From Massalongia carnosa (taxonomy: Eukaryota): a DNA stretch of 64,000 nt. The position numbers were made by a program, and so were the translations under genes. Of the stretch, positions 36,683 through 50,373 are shown one piece after another. The stretch spans positions 806,001-870,000 of the forward strand of contig OZ287074.1 of NCBI GenBank assembly GCA_965645245.1, written 5' to 3'. Each line of letters opens with the position of its first letter. Position 1 is the first letter of the stretch. The notes under the pieces were generated by a model. It saw nothing but the letters and a program-made list of their open reading frames with translations. It searched no databases and was not told the origin of the DNA.

Positions 36683-39600
36683 CTATGTGCTTCCACCTAT
36701 ACGCGACTGCTGCTCCAACTCTCTGGCTAGACGTCCAAGATAGAATTGGCTGATCTCAGGTGGCAACCCTGTAAATGCTTTAACGATTCGGTCGACGTCT
36801 TTTCTACCGTTCTCATACGCTTGAAGGTCGCGGTTTCCATACACATCTCGCCCCGCCGCGTAGCCACCGTCGAGGTTACGGAAAAAGACATTGATCGAGA
36901 TGCTTAGATTTTCCATGGGGACGGCTGCATGGAACCATAGCGGAGGGATATACAGGACGTCACCCGGCGTAAGGATAGCTTCTTGCGGATGAGCGTCCCT
37001 CAGCGATGCGTACTTGGCAGCAGCATTGGGATCAAATACGTTGAAAGATGAACTGGATGCTCCTGGAGCAATGTCAAGGTGGGAGACGTCCGAGGGTGGA
37101 TACAGGATAAGTCGCTTCGAGCCTCGAATCTGGCAAAGAACGTTGGCCATGACCTATTTCGTTAGCTTTGGTGGATAACATTGGTAACGGTACGCCATAC
37201 ATCATAGTGTAGCCACATGCTCACAGGGCCCGAGATTCTGAGGGGCGAGCTATGGGCGTTTTGTGTAATGATTTTTAGTTGAGGAGGGAGCTTAAAATCC
37301 GGCCCAAGTTCCGGAAAATCAGAAGCAAAGTCGGCAGGTTTCGCGGCAGGCTTTTCTGCATTCAGGCTTCTCAAATACTCTTTCGATCCTCCTTTAATCT
37401 CCCTCACAAATTCCTTGAAAGGCTTCGTTGCATAGCGAAAATTTTTGTTCCGAAAGTCCAGATGCTGAGTTATAGCCTCGTGGACCACAACCTAGAAACG
37501 TTAGTAGGGCCACATATGTTGGTATGTGGATCATCTTACGGTTCGATCAGCGCCAATTTTTCGTTCTAGATAATCCAGCGTCCATTCCTCAAGGCATGGC
37601 CCCAGGTTCAGTTTTTCCATAATAAAAGGTTTTGACTGTTTTAGCATTTGTTCGAAGGCTTCCGCTGTCTCAACTTGAGATTTTCTCATTGTCTCCAAGA
37701 TCTGGTTTTCTTCTGGGACCTTCATAAGTTTCTTTTCAAGGCCATGCTTGTCTTGCTGTTCTGACCTGATAGTGTAGTCTTGATTCACATTAAGAGTCCA
37801 AATTGACATTTGATATCCATTCTGGACTTGCAACGTCCATGTACTTTGATTCCAACAGTCTCCAAATGAAAAGCAGATGGCTCCGCCGCCGAGAATAATG
37901 ATCGAGTCTTTGCAGGCAAAGGCGCTGTGACCAATGAGCAGCGGGGGAGTCCCTTTTAATGAAAACGGAACAGCCACTGGTTTGATTTCAATCGGTACTT
38001 CATCGATCAAGTTCAATCTTCTCGGCCCCGCTAAAAGAACGCCAAGATCATGAGATAGCAAACGATCCGAAATACCCCCTACCAGAAGCAGCCCCGCTTG
38101 TGACCATACAAGGCAGGCACCAAATCTGCAAATAACAGGTAAATGAGACGTCGGGAAATCTTTCTGGTAATCGTGAAGCGTCAGCTCGATATGAGGATCT
38201 ATTTCAAGATCATAAATAGTCCATTCCCAAAACTCCGAGAAGATAACACCATCCTCGCCCATTCCACCAAGGAGAATACCATGCTTCACAGCAGTTGATA
38301 TCATCACGGAACCGAACCTTGGCATAATTTGCAGACCTAACACTGTAACCTTCACCCATTCTTTTGACTTATACCAAAGGTACCACTCATTCATGACCCT
38401 CCCTCCACTAGATTTCCCTCCATATATCAAAACGCCCTGACCTGCTGTGCCCAACGGCACAGCAGCTGCACAATGCCTGTAAAGACACGTTGGGATATCA
38501 CTCACTCTTTTCCAGTCTGTACCGCTATACAGCCAGCAGTCTAGAAGCGCACAATCAGGAGACGTTCTACCCCCTACAAGAAGGCAGCGGCCACCATCAA
38601 GAGGTGTCATAGTATGGTACATCCTTGGTCTAATAGCGTCTGGTGGTAAATTGACTTTGACATGCAAAGCTTCATCAGATTTATAAACATCAGTAGAACT
38701 AAGCCTGCTTTGGGGCCCGAGACCGCCATGGTGGCCTATTATATCCAGCGAAATTGGGAATATCGCTCCAAATTTTCTTTGGCCGCCTGGTTTTGAACGT
38801 GTCTCCAAGTGCTGCCTCAGAGGGATTTCTCGTGTACTTGACTGTGCAAAAGTCAGAGTCTCATGGGATTGAAGTTGTGGCACAATGAGGCTGGGCTTCT
38901 GATAGTTGGAGTATTTGGTTATTTTTGTGCTTTGTGTAGCAACAAGAAGGAAGTAGTGAGATGTAAATAAGGCAAATTCCTCCCATTCATCGAAGGGCTC
39001 TACGCCATTCAAATATGTTCTCTGGGTGTATGAAACAAAGGAAGAATCATTCCATAAATCCCATAGACTTCTGGCATTTGCTGATGTCCAGCTGAAATCC
39101 CGAAATCGCTGTTCTTGATCCCTCAAAGTGGGATATTTTTTGATAGATTTCAACGGAGTCCACAGGTTGTCAAAGTGTTGGATCATCTTCCGTGCAAAGG
39201 GATAATCCTCTCCCTGGGGCAGAAATTGTTCCAACAAGCAGAATTGAGCTCTTCGATATTAGTGCTATATCTCGAAACTAGCCACGGCCATAGCCTTACC
39301 ATCTTTGAATTGGCCTGCCCATGCGATTAAAGAATTGGCAGCGGTCACTTCCATGTAAGTTGTGGACACTTCTGATATAAACAGTATTGAGCAGTCCTGA
39401 AGATCAATCGCATTTTTCAGAACTTGATTCAATTTACTAATATCTGCAAGGTCGCACCCTAGAGCAATGTAGTTTGGGCTTGGCAGAACTAAGTCCTCTT
39501 CGTGAGTAAGTATATGTGGGGAACAGATTACTTCTCGAAGTTGTGGTGTCCGGGAAATCATCTCTAATTTTTTCGCTATCAGATCTGGATAATCAATATC

Positions 39601-40072
39601 AATAAATGTTGCATGTTGAGCCGTTTCAGCGTATCTAAATTTGGAAAGCCATTGAAAAGCTAAAGGATCACTATCGATGAGTTAGCCGTTCACGGATTTG
39701 CTATCAGATGGTGTAGCGGTATATTCGGGTGGTCTGCGTTACTCACTATCCACATCCAAGGTTGACGATGACCTTTCTCTCTTCTGCTCTATTAAAGAAA
39801 TCGCCGATTACTTTCTCTACCGCATACATACGTAACCAGTAGCCCCGGTTGATCAGTGGAGATCTTCGTCGTGGCTTCGTGACAAAGTATTGGAAGAAAT
39901 GTGGCTCTGGGGTGTATAGCCGTTCTACACTCCGCTTCGAAACAATGCTGCTACTGTTGGTCTACAAAACTTTCAGTGTGAGATCGACAGGAGGTTTTGA
40001 CTTGCATACCGCCATGATTGAATCGACTTGGGTAGATTCTTTGGTCCGGCAATATGAATGGTTGACTGCCAT
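36683..40072 (-). CDS. PPM2: tRNA wybutosine-synthesizing protein 4 / leucine carboxyl methyltransferase 2 with Kelch repeats and a C-terminal JmjC domain
   Basis: [46 protein letters not shown]; Kelch GG motifs; JmjC WLHYD...YIPPLWFH. Five introns; the start is inferred. Confidence 0.88.
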
Positions 40073-41392
40073 GATGACAGATGCCCTAAGCTCCCACTCA
40101 ACCAATCCGGAAAATAAAGCCTGAGGCGAGCTTCCGGACGCCACTTGGTTAAGTATTATGACTTTTTTTGTTCATGGATAAATGTGGGAACGAAACTTCA
40201 GTTGAAAGACGATGATGGCAAGGCATTTTGCTTAATCCGACCGGGTCGTCTCAGGGGATTGTTCCCTTTCGGGCCAGATTGCCGATACCCAGAGATCGTC
40301 GATAAGCGATGGCGCTAGTGAGCAAAAAGTGGCTCCGGTGGCTTGGGTGGCTTGGGTGGCAAAGGCTTCTTACCCTCCTCCGGCAGAGTTTTTGCCGTCT
40401 TGAACTCAAAGCACCAATTGAATAGTTATAACAAAACTCCCAATCATAATCGCAGCATTCTGTGCGGGAGTACTCTGTAGAGATTACTTTTGTTTTACCT
40501 GGATATGGGCTGGCGGATTGATTGTTCAACCTCGACCTATGCGACATGGTCGTCCTTTACACTGTTGATTTACTCCGTCTTTTTTCGGCGGTTGTCTAGT
40601 GACCACTCATCCGCCAATAATATGCTTCTCACTCTTCTCATCTGATGACAACCCATGCAGTACAGAGTACAGATATTGTCACACAGCTGCAAAGGAAATT
40701 TGACTATAGAGTAAGAGTACCGACATCCTGACAGGCGCTTCCATGCTATCCGACTATCATTCGCCCGCGTCTAGAAGCATCCATTGCAGCCCAACGTAAC
40801 GCATCGCAAGCACTTCCCGACTAGTCTGTACAGAGTATTTAATGATACCGAGTACTCGAGGTTAGTATTCTGTAAGGAGCAAAATATAAAGTTTGAATTT
40901 AGCCTTTGAAGTACAGAGTACCAACGACAATAAAATGCGTATTTTCATTTTTCACCAGCGCTTTCCTCGACCACCCCGGTGTTCATCGGCATGCTTTCCC
41001 TTTTCTTGGTGCTTGCGTCTTAAATCTGGAGTTCCGCAGCTTCTTCGAATCACAAATGCGCTCTGACCATTCCCGACGTGCAGGAGAAAGAACCCTGTCG
41101 ATTTGGGCTTGATACCTGTTTAGTCAGAAAAGCAATAGACATGTCGATGCATCATAGATACCTGCCTCGATCGCCCACCTCCGCGCTTGACTGGCTTGAA
41201 GGGCTTTTCTGACACTCACCTCCCTGTTCTTGCCTTCCATTCATACCCTATGCATAACGCGGAGATTCCTATGCATTGTTATCTGTGGCTCTTCGACGTC
41301 TGAATATTGACGGCTATTTGTATGGCAGTCGCCCTCATTGCTCTCCACTAGATCCTTTCTTATGTTGTACCTATGCGAAGCTTGATCACGTC

Positions 41393-43352
41393 ATGTCACA
41401 AACACTGTCTCACGCTGAAGAAAAAAAGCTGCTTCTAGCGAACGGGTACGTCCACGAAAGGAATGATGCTTGACTTTACTAATCGGCTTGAAAGCATCTC
41501 AGGTGGAGGACAAGTCTACAGACAGTATGGCACCCTCGCCTCCAGCGGCTCAAGCTCGGATACGCTCCATGAGTATCAGATCTTGGGAGCCAAAGGCTCT
41601 GAGGAGACCAGAATTGAAGTTACGGAAATCACCGAGCAGGAGAGCGTCAACGGTTTCGGAAGCGCCAAGGTCTGGTTGATATTTGGCTGTATCTGTTGGA
41701 ATGAATTTGTTAGCCACTCTTGTCATCTACCATCCCAAGAACCACTTTCTGATTCCAATGACGGTGCTTAGATGGCTAATTTTGACTCTACGCTGATGGC
41801 ATCGAGTCATCCCGTCATAACATCAGAGTTCCATTCCTCAAATTCCGCATCCTGGCTATCTACATCTTTTCTAATAACATCGACCGCTTTTATGCCTTTA
41901 TTTGCTCCTCTATCTGACACCATAGGCAGAAGACCAGTTGTGCTTGCTGCCTCGACAATACTTGCCGTTGCCATTGCTTGGTGTGCAGTCGCGCCAAGCA
42001 TTGGCTCTTTTATCGTGGCTCGAACGTTGTGTGGGCTTGGTGCAGGAGGAACGGCGGCCATGGGGGCCGTTATGGTAAACGATTTTGTCCCCCTTGAAGC
42101 CCGAGCGAAATACCAGTCGATTCTTAACATTGCGTACGGTTTAGGCCAGGCTTCAGGCGTGGCTATGGGGGGGTTCTTATGCGATACGATTGGATGGCGC
42201 TGGGCCTTTGGTGCTCAGCTTCCCGGGATCGTATTCTGTGGTGTGGTGTTTTTCCTAGCCATCCCGAATGATCTGGGACCGCAGCTGGCAAAACACTCCA
42301 AAGGTGCTGTACGAGGATTTTTCAGGACTTTTGATCTTACTGGGACGATTCTCTTGGCCGTCTCTGTGACCTGCCTTATTCTTTACCTGAACCTGGGGGG
42401 AAATATACTGGACTGGACTGACCCTTCCATGGCTGTCGTTCTTGTTGTTTTTCTTCTGACTGCATTATTTTTCGTCCGTATCGAAACCAAAGTGAAACAT
42501 CCGGTCCTCCCGCTGAAACTTATAAGCAGTTGGCCACGAGCGAATATCAACTTTTCAATTTTTCTCGGCGCCCTCATCATGAATGCCGTTATCTTCAACA
42601 TTCCATTATATTTTGAAGTTGTCAAACATGACACGCCTACCGTGGCTGGCTTCCGGCTGATACCCCCATTCCTTGCGCTCACGGCCTCAGGTTTCTTGGG
42701 TTGCATGATCATCAGGCGAAGGGGCGCCATCCAGCCCACTTTTATATTTTCGGCCTTTCTAGCGTTGGCAGGTTCAATTTGCCTTGCATGCATGGGGCAA
42801 AATATCTCCAATTGGGCGGCGCTGCTTCTTCTTGTTCCGCTTAGTTCGAGCTTCGGCTTCATGTCCCCCACGGCCGTTATCTGCTTACTTCGCACAAGTC
42901 CGCAGGAGGAACATGCAATCTGCATTGGTACATTTCTCCTATTGAACCGGTTGGCAGCCGTCATCGGCGTGGCTATCAGCACTCTCCTCGTCCAAAACTT
43001 ACTGGTACAGAACCTTCATAAGACGGTCACGGGCCCACATCAGCAAAAGGTACGATCGAGGTTCTCTCTTACACCATGCATCTACTGATTAGCATGCTAT
43101 AGATCATCCACACTATTCGCAAATCAGTACACTCCATCCGAGATCTGAGCGCACTCCATCAAGGAGAAGGTAAGCGCTTTGCCCGCCCAACCTAGTATCA
43201 AGCTAACCGGCGTCAAAGTCGTCTCGGCCTATTTCACGTCCCTTCGCATTACCTTTTCTGTACTTGTGATCTTTGCGATTATCCTTGTTGTCCTTGTGAT
43301 ACCTATCAAACTGCCCAAGGACAAGGAAGACTACATTTTGGATGAAGCATGA
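41393..43352 (+). CDS. MFS transporter, DHA2/Vba-like
   Basis: ANFDSTLMAS, LSDTIGRR (MFS motif A) and GWRWAF; many hydrophobic segments; four introns. Confidence 0.88.
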
Positions 43353-44222
43353 AAAAGGAATGGCGCGAGCATAAAATGTTAGACAATTAGAGAAATCATG
43401 AAAACATGATTTTATTGTACTTGTACACTTGGCGATACATAACTGAGGTACCTCTATAAGTACCACCATACGCACAGCTCACCAAATGTAGCCTGGGATC
43501 TATCCTTTGTTCCACGTGCGTCCTCTAGTGAGGCATATTGTCTTCGCCGCGTGTACAATGTAATGTAGCAGCGAATAGTGAGTCGACGGCGGGCGATGCA
43601 CCGTCTGACAATATACTCTACTAAATCGCTTCGGCTCCTCTGCACTTATCGGTAGTTTTGATCTTACTCTACTAGATCTTGCAGGATCGTTGTCTCCGCC
43701 TCCCTCGGAGACTTTGACAGCTCACCATCCCCTTGCTTTTTCCTTTCTGACGTACATAGGCTAGCGCAAGATCCTCTTAATCCCCGCATTAAATCGCACT
43801 CTTTCTCTCCCATCCACGTCAAGATCCTGTCCGTGATGCAGCATGCATGCATACATGCATGCACAAAGGCAGGCGCACAGCTTCTTTCATTGATCTTCCT
43901 GCCGAGACCACTCTCTGGACGGTTTTTGCCCTTGATGAGGGAGGAAAGGATAGGCAAAAGAAAATTCCGAGCGGGCTGGTTGGTTGGTCGCTCGATCGAT
44001 CGATAGCCTAGTCTAGGAAAGCACGCATGCGGTTACGTTGTGGTGCACTGGAGAGATGAGTCTCATCCAGTCTCGCTCGGGGTTGGGGTTGCATGGCAGC
44101 ATGGGCAATCAGCCTGCGCCTGCCCGGTGATGCGATGCACCGTGGTTATGTCCGCTTTTTTTGGTTTAGTTCCAACCTTCATGTACTCTATACGGAGTAC
44201 GTAAGATATGTACGAAGGACTC

Positions 44223-44254
44223 TGTGGGTTTGTGGGTTTGTGGGTTTGTGGGTT
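44223..44254. repeat. (TGTGGGTT)4 tandem repeat
   Basis: Four exact 8-mers read directly. Confidence 0.85.
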
Positions 44255-45544
44255 TGGGTGTTTGGGTTGCATGTAGCAGCGAGGTATGGATATGCTGTCG
44301 GAGGGAGGGGCTTGATCGACCAGAGCTGATGTATCATGATTACAACTGGCTGGTTGTAACTAACCTGTCTGTCTAGCAGAAAGGGGAATGATCGACAAGG
44401 GTAAAAACTAATCAATCGCATATGTACACTTCCGCACAGAGCAAGATCCTCTCGCTTGAAGAGTTGATAGCAAAGTTACGTACATATGCTCCTCGATACC
44501 CGTATATGTCAGAACCCACAGCAGAACCCTCCGTATGTAGCTACTCTAGCCATTTCCATTTCCGGAAGCTATACAGGGACCTTTCTACGGAATATTCACC
44601 ATATAGTAATTCAAAACTGTTCAACTACCAATGTTGTCTGTTTACCCATTCCCAATCTCTCCAACCCCAGCCCCCCTATTCCGCAAAATCAAAGCATCAA
44701 TAGCCTTTGAGAGTCATGTTCACAAATTCACCAACCGGCTCGGGTTGGATATTCTGTAATTGGTTAGTTGGTAGAAGCGGCTGCTTTTCTTTGCTTTCTC
44801 TCTGTGCTTACATAAATGGGACAAATAGAGAAGTACGTACATGCTCGGTACTAGAAACAATACCTATCTATATCGATGGATGGACTGAACGCGAGCTGAG
44901 CCGAGCCGAAGCAACCGAGGAGATCCTTCCGTGGCGGCGCGTGGAGCGGGATACCTTATCTAAGCGTGCAAACTTACTTTTGGGTGGTTCGCGAGCGAGG
45001 AGAAGGAGGAGATCTTCGCTGGTTGTGGGGATTTGGAGAATTGGCCGAGGTTGTTGTGGCTCTTTGGCTACGCGCCCCTTTTTGGGTCCAGGTTATGGCT
45101 CGTTCGGGTTGGTTGGGTTGGGTTAGGAGAATAAGTCCGGTTATGCTTTTTTGAGGGGAAAGAAGGGGGTGGTTAGTAAGTAAGATACATGTTCTTGGTG
45201 GTTTAGTAGATAGAAATGCCGATGGTGATCACGAGGACGTTTTATTTTGTAAGGTGGATGAATACCTACGTATATACTTGTACAGAGTACAAAGGACAAG
45301 GTAGTGATTCGATCAAATCAATCAACGCACACAACGCGCTTTCAGATCCTGTATCTTAGCTCGTGAGACGGCTCAGTTGTTTTCCGTATCTTGATAGGAT
45401 TTTCGTACACAATACACATATAGTTTCCAGATACCAAGGGGGGGACAATATATGGAGAAAAATCCATCTCTTCACCCTCGCTCAGTCCATCCCTCCGCCT
45501 TGAATTCCCCTTCTTTTTTGTTCTCGATATCCGCTTGCCAGACT

Positions 45545-45666
45545 GGTTCAAGTTTCGCGTCAGGTCCCTCTTTGTTCCCGAACGCTGTCGCCACATGAGG
45601 AGAGAGGTTCAAGTTTCGCGTCAGGTCCCTCTTTGTTCCCGAACGCTGTCGCCACATGAGGAGAGA
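45545..45666. repeat. Perfect 61-bp tandem duplication
   Basis: ggttcaagtttcgcgtcaggtccc...cacatgaggagaga occurs twice back-to-back, starting at 45545 and 45606. Confidence 0.95.
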
Positions 45667-46474
45667 TAATTTTTTCATATAGGTGTCTTTTTATTGTTGT
45701 CTCCTTTTGCATGAAAAACTTATAGCCACTCGCAGCTGTTTCCGCACCAGCTATGCACAACAGCGCCCTCACTGGGGGCATATATGCACATTAGTTCTTG
45801 CTAGACATGTGTTCTGCTTTATCAAACCCCCCCCCTCCCCGGTGGTAGACGTGGGAACGATTGTTGGAGAGAAATAAGAGAAGAGAAAGAAAGAGGAAAC
45901 ACACAGGGTGATTTCGACAGGAACTAAAGGAAAGGTACACCAAAGGGTTCATGCTAAGGATATGAAAGAGGCAGATAGGATGAGGAAAAGAAGCAGACTA
46001 TTATTTCTTTTTGATACCGACAAGGAGGGACTATAAGAAATAATGTAAATTAGAGCGACACCTCCAAGAGGGTTGAGAGAAGTTTATGAAAAATAGACAC
46101 TCATCTACAACGGTGATAACAACGATGATGAAGAGGATGAAAGAAGCAAAGCAAATATATTTTCTAACCAGTCACAACTAAGAAATTGTCATCCCATTTA
46201 CCCCAATTACCCTCTAGCGAACTGGCCTTTAAAGCTTGAATCCTGGCGTTCTAGAGCTTGTTAAACACCCATCCATGCTCTTCGCTACGAATCTCAACTG
46301 CTTGAACTTGCACCAGATTCCTCCGTGTCATCCATTCTCTTTTCCCTCATTCCTTCGCATCCGTCAGATATATCCCTAGCCGTTTCTTCACTCTCTGCAG
46401 TTACTTTATATTAAGCGCAAGCCCTGCAGATTAAAGGTTATATTTCCTATGAATCATGCCTACAACAAATTCAA

Positions 46475-47050
46475 TTAATTTAGCTTTTTGGTTTTAGCAT
46501 CGATACTGCCCATGTCAGACTCTTTACCGTCGGCGCTAAAATATACATGGGGTCGGTAATCGCGTCCCTTGATGACATCCTTGAGTTCAAGTTCAATGAA
46601 GCTAGCTTCAAGTTCACAACGCTTTTCGGCTGATTGAAGGTGTTCGTACTGCTGTAGCATCGTTATGAACAAAACATCACCGCTCTCTACGAGTTGCTGG
46701 AGCCCCTTCTCGAATTTTCCCTTGTAAGTATAAGCAAAAGTGATAGCGCGATCGCTGGTGTATCGACAGTAAATCCAACGAGGTCAAATGAGCTTGGTTC
46801 GATAAGATCCATCATAGAGCTGGGAGCCGAAACCTCCCTAGCATGCGCTCGCTTGACAAGATCAGCCAGATCGTCAGAGAAGTTCGCTGGATATGATCAT
46901 TCTCGACGCATACCATTCGACGTCGAGATTAGATGCACTAGACGAAACTTGAGCTTGTCATTGGCTTCGGTGTACTCGTTGTATTCGTTAAGGTGGGAGT
47001 AAATATGTACTTGATAGCGGAAATCCGAATACTTGATCAGAATACTCAGG
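46475..47050 (-). pseudogene. Possible decayed gene of unknown family
   Basis: Protein-like frame LIKYSDFRYQVHIYSHLNEYNEY... with one stop and a frameshift into ...FITMLQQYEHL...KKLN*; no recognisable motif. Confidence 0.3.
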
Positions 47051-47701
47051 CTAGTAATAGATTGACTGACCTAGCTCATGAGTTTGGAAGACTGTTCATA
47101 TGGGAAAGGTCCCCAGGGCAGAATCAAGTCGGACGGATCGGGAGAAGATTCCAAGAATGCTTGGTGGAATGGGACTTGGCTACATCTAGGGTTGTGGACT
47201 CGTGAAGAAAGCTTCAACGGACCAATACTCCAGCAGCGGACAGGTCTGGTAACCTGCCGAGAAGCATAGTTATTCTCGTAGGTAAGACATGAGCTATGCT
47301 GCATGTGGATCTTAAAGATCTACGCCGTCGCCTGGGTAAGAAATGCATACGAATAATTGTCTAGGCCAGTCTGACACTTTCGATTATCTGGTTAAGTTAT
47401 GTTAAGTTATGTCACCTGATGTCAGTAACGTACTTTACCTATCTTGGTTAGCGTATATGAAAGGATTAGCTTTTTTCCCCGGAACAAAGTCGGGCCGAAA
47501 ATGCCTTAGGCTGCATTCTCCACCGTAAGGAAGGCGCATCATCAGAACTTTTGTTGACTACACTTCTCTCCTTGACACCATCTTTCTTGTGCTTTTTATG
47601 CCAACAGATTGGACATGATATCCAAAGGCGTCGGAAAAGTATGAGAAAAGCAACTTCAGTTTTGTCTGTTTGTCCATCCGTATCAGAAAACCAGCTTCAG
47701 C

Positions 47702-49293
47702 ATGTCCATGAATTTTGTTACATTCAACCAGGACTACAGCCATTTGGCCGTTGGTAAATACCCGCCAAAAGGTCTCTTTAACTTCTGGTAACAAGCTTTG
47801 CAGGTACCTCTCGAGGCTTCCGCATCTACACCACCGACCCGTTTTCACAATGTTTCGAGACGAAGCAGGGTGACATTGCACTATTGGAAATGCTCTTTTC
47901 CACATCGTTGGTAGCCCTTATACTTTCACCGCGAAGACTACAAATCACAAATACAAAAGTACGTCCTCATCAACCCATGTCCTTTGCCGCGCTGGCAATC
48001 GATGTGTGTGTACGGTGGGTTTCGGCTGGGCTTTTTCTAAGTTTCTCGATGCAGTTCGAGGCAAGAGCTGATGAGGGCTGGCCGACTTTTAGAGACAATC
48101 GACAATATGCGAGCTCACGTTCCCGACCACAGTGCTTGCAGTGCGGCTGAACCGGAAACGATTGGTGGTGATCCTCGAGGATCAGATTTACTTATATGAT
48201 ATTAGCAACATGAAGCTGTTGTATACCATCGAGACCTCACCAAATCCTAATGGTAGCATCATCATCCATTCACACGATGTCGGCTCACTGAAATATTTTA
48301 GCAATCTGTGCGCTTTCTCCGTCATCGGAAAACTGCTACCTTGCATACCCTCTACCTCAAAAAGCAATCCCTTCTTCCTTTGCCCCTCCCTCGCATTCTC
48401 CACCAGGCCCGTCAAGCGCGAGCCACATCCCCCCAACCAGCGGCGATGTCCTCCTTTTCGACACGCTGAAACTTGAAGCCATCAACGTGGTCGAAGCGCA
48501 TCGCTCTCCACTTTCCTGCGTCACCGTCAATAACGCCGGCACCCTCCTCGCCACCGCTTCTGATAAGGGAACTATCATTCGTGTCTTCGCCATTCCTTCG
48601 GCCCGCAAGCTCTACCAATTCCGCCGCGGCTCTATGCCCTCACGCATTTACAGCATGTCCTTCAACACCACATCGTCCCTCCTCTGTGTCTCCTCAGCCA
48701 CAGACACAGTCCACATCTTCAAACTCAGTAGTGTAACTTTGCCGCCATCTCACAATGAGGACCACTATTCAACATCCCTACTTCCTGCATCTCCACGCTT
48801 CAAACGGGACCGTAGCGCCAGTCCAGCCAGCGACTCCCAACCAGACCTTGCGCGCTCCCACAGCAGTGAAAAAACCAACTCCAGCCACCCCACCTCCCAG
48901 CAAAAGAACAACGGCACTATCTTCGGCATGATACGCCGCACCTCACAGAACGTAAGTACTACCTTCGCTGCATCTGTCGGCGCCTACCTCCCGGCCGCCG
49001 TATCCGAGATGTGGGAGCCCGCGCGCGATTTCGCCTGGTTGAAGATTCCGAAGCCGCCTCCATCTTTGCTGTTGGGGGGTGGTGTCTCACTCGGAGCATC
49101 GACAGCTCCGCTGCGCAGCGTCGTGGCGATGAGCGGGTCGAGTCCGCAGGTCATGGTGGTGACTAACGAAGGGCATTTCTATGTGTTTAGCATCGATTTG
49201 AAAAATGGAGGTGAGGGCAGCTTAATCAAGGTGTACGAAGTTGGCGGGGAGAGCGAGAGGTTGGGGGAGATTGAAATGAGGACGGGGGATTAG
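47702..49293 (+). CDS. ATG18: Autophagy PROPPIN Atg18
   Basis: [45 protein letters not shown] and the phosphoinositide-binding FRRG motif; three introns. Confidence 0.95.
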
Positions 49294-49807
49294 AATTTGG
49301 GCTTGACTCTTGTAGCTTATTCTTTTGTTTAGGATCAGGGGTTTCCAAGGGGGTTTTAGTTCTCGGCTGGATCTGATATGATGGGTTGATCTGATTCACT
49401 GAATGACGAGTATAATGAGAAGGAACTGATATTTGATCAAGATTTTCGTTTTTAATTTTCATGGAGGTTTACTTAGGTACTCCTAGATAGCAATGTACAC
49501 AAAGCCTCCTTATTTATCTATGTCCTTTCTATCCCTTTCCTTTCCCTTACCCTTTCCCTTCTCCCTTCCTCCATCCACCTGCTCTCATTCCCCCATCTAT
49601 TCCAACACTAAATAAAGAAAAGGCTTGGCGTCTCCAGAATCCGGGAAGGGTGTTTTTTGTTCTCACTTATTAACTCTTTGGGGCGGGGTTTTCCTTCTCG
49701 TCGACGAACGCATGGAAAAGTAGGGGAAAGGAGCGAGGGAGACCATTGAGGGGGGATTATGAAATATTTGCGGAAAAGCTTACTGTAGGAAGGGGTACAG
49801 TGAGTCT

Positions 49808-49838
49808 TGTATGTATGTATGTATGTATGTATGTATGT
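49808..49838. repeat. (GTAT)n microsatellite
   Basis: About 7 tandem units. Confidence 0.9.
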
Positions 49839-50373
49839 TCCTAATGTAAGACCCTCAGACATTTATTTGCATCTAACTATCCATCCCCGGCAACCAACCA
49901 GCCCGTTTAAGTATTATCTTCTCCTCCCCACTTTTCTTTCCGGAAGGGAAGAGGGGAAAATTCGGGAGAAAGGGGAAAATGGTGAGATTGGGGTTTGGAT
50001 TGATATGACCAAGGAAGGAATAAAGGAGCTAAGCTAAGCTGATAATAGATAAATAGCGAAGTAAAGAGGGTGGTGCCTGGGCTTTCGCTTTCTGTGTTCC
50101 TTTGTTGATTCTTCTATATCCCAACTAGGGACTCTCTTTGCAGCTTTGGTTTCGGGTTGAAGAAGGAAATAGGCTTTGTGAAGTCCCCAAATATAACTAT
50201 TTCTGTAAGATAGGCCTGAGGAGTGAACGGACGGAGTACGGGGTTTCATTTTTGGTGTTGAGGGGTGCAAGGCTAGACAGAGGTGGTTTTGGCTGGACAT
50301 AGGACGATATTGTAATTCTGAATTCTTTGCGGAGGGATGCCTTTACAGAAAGGTGTCGTTTCAAACTCAAAAT

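Noticed and set aside
44223..44270. TG-rich repeat as an interstitial telomere (also ccctaa-like words near 63710)
   Set aside because: Not a (TTAGGG)n array; too short and irregular.
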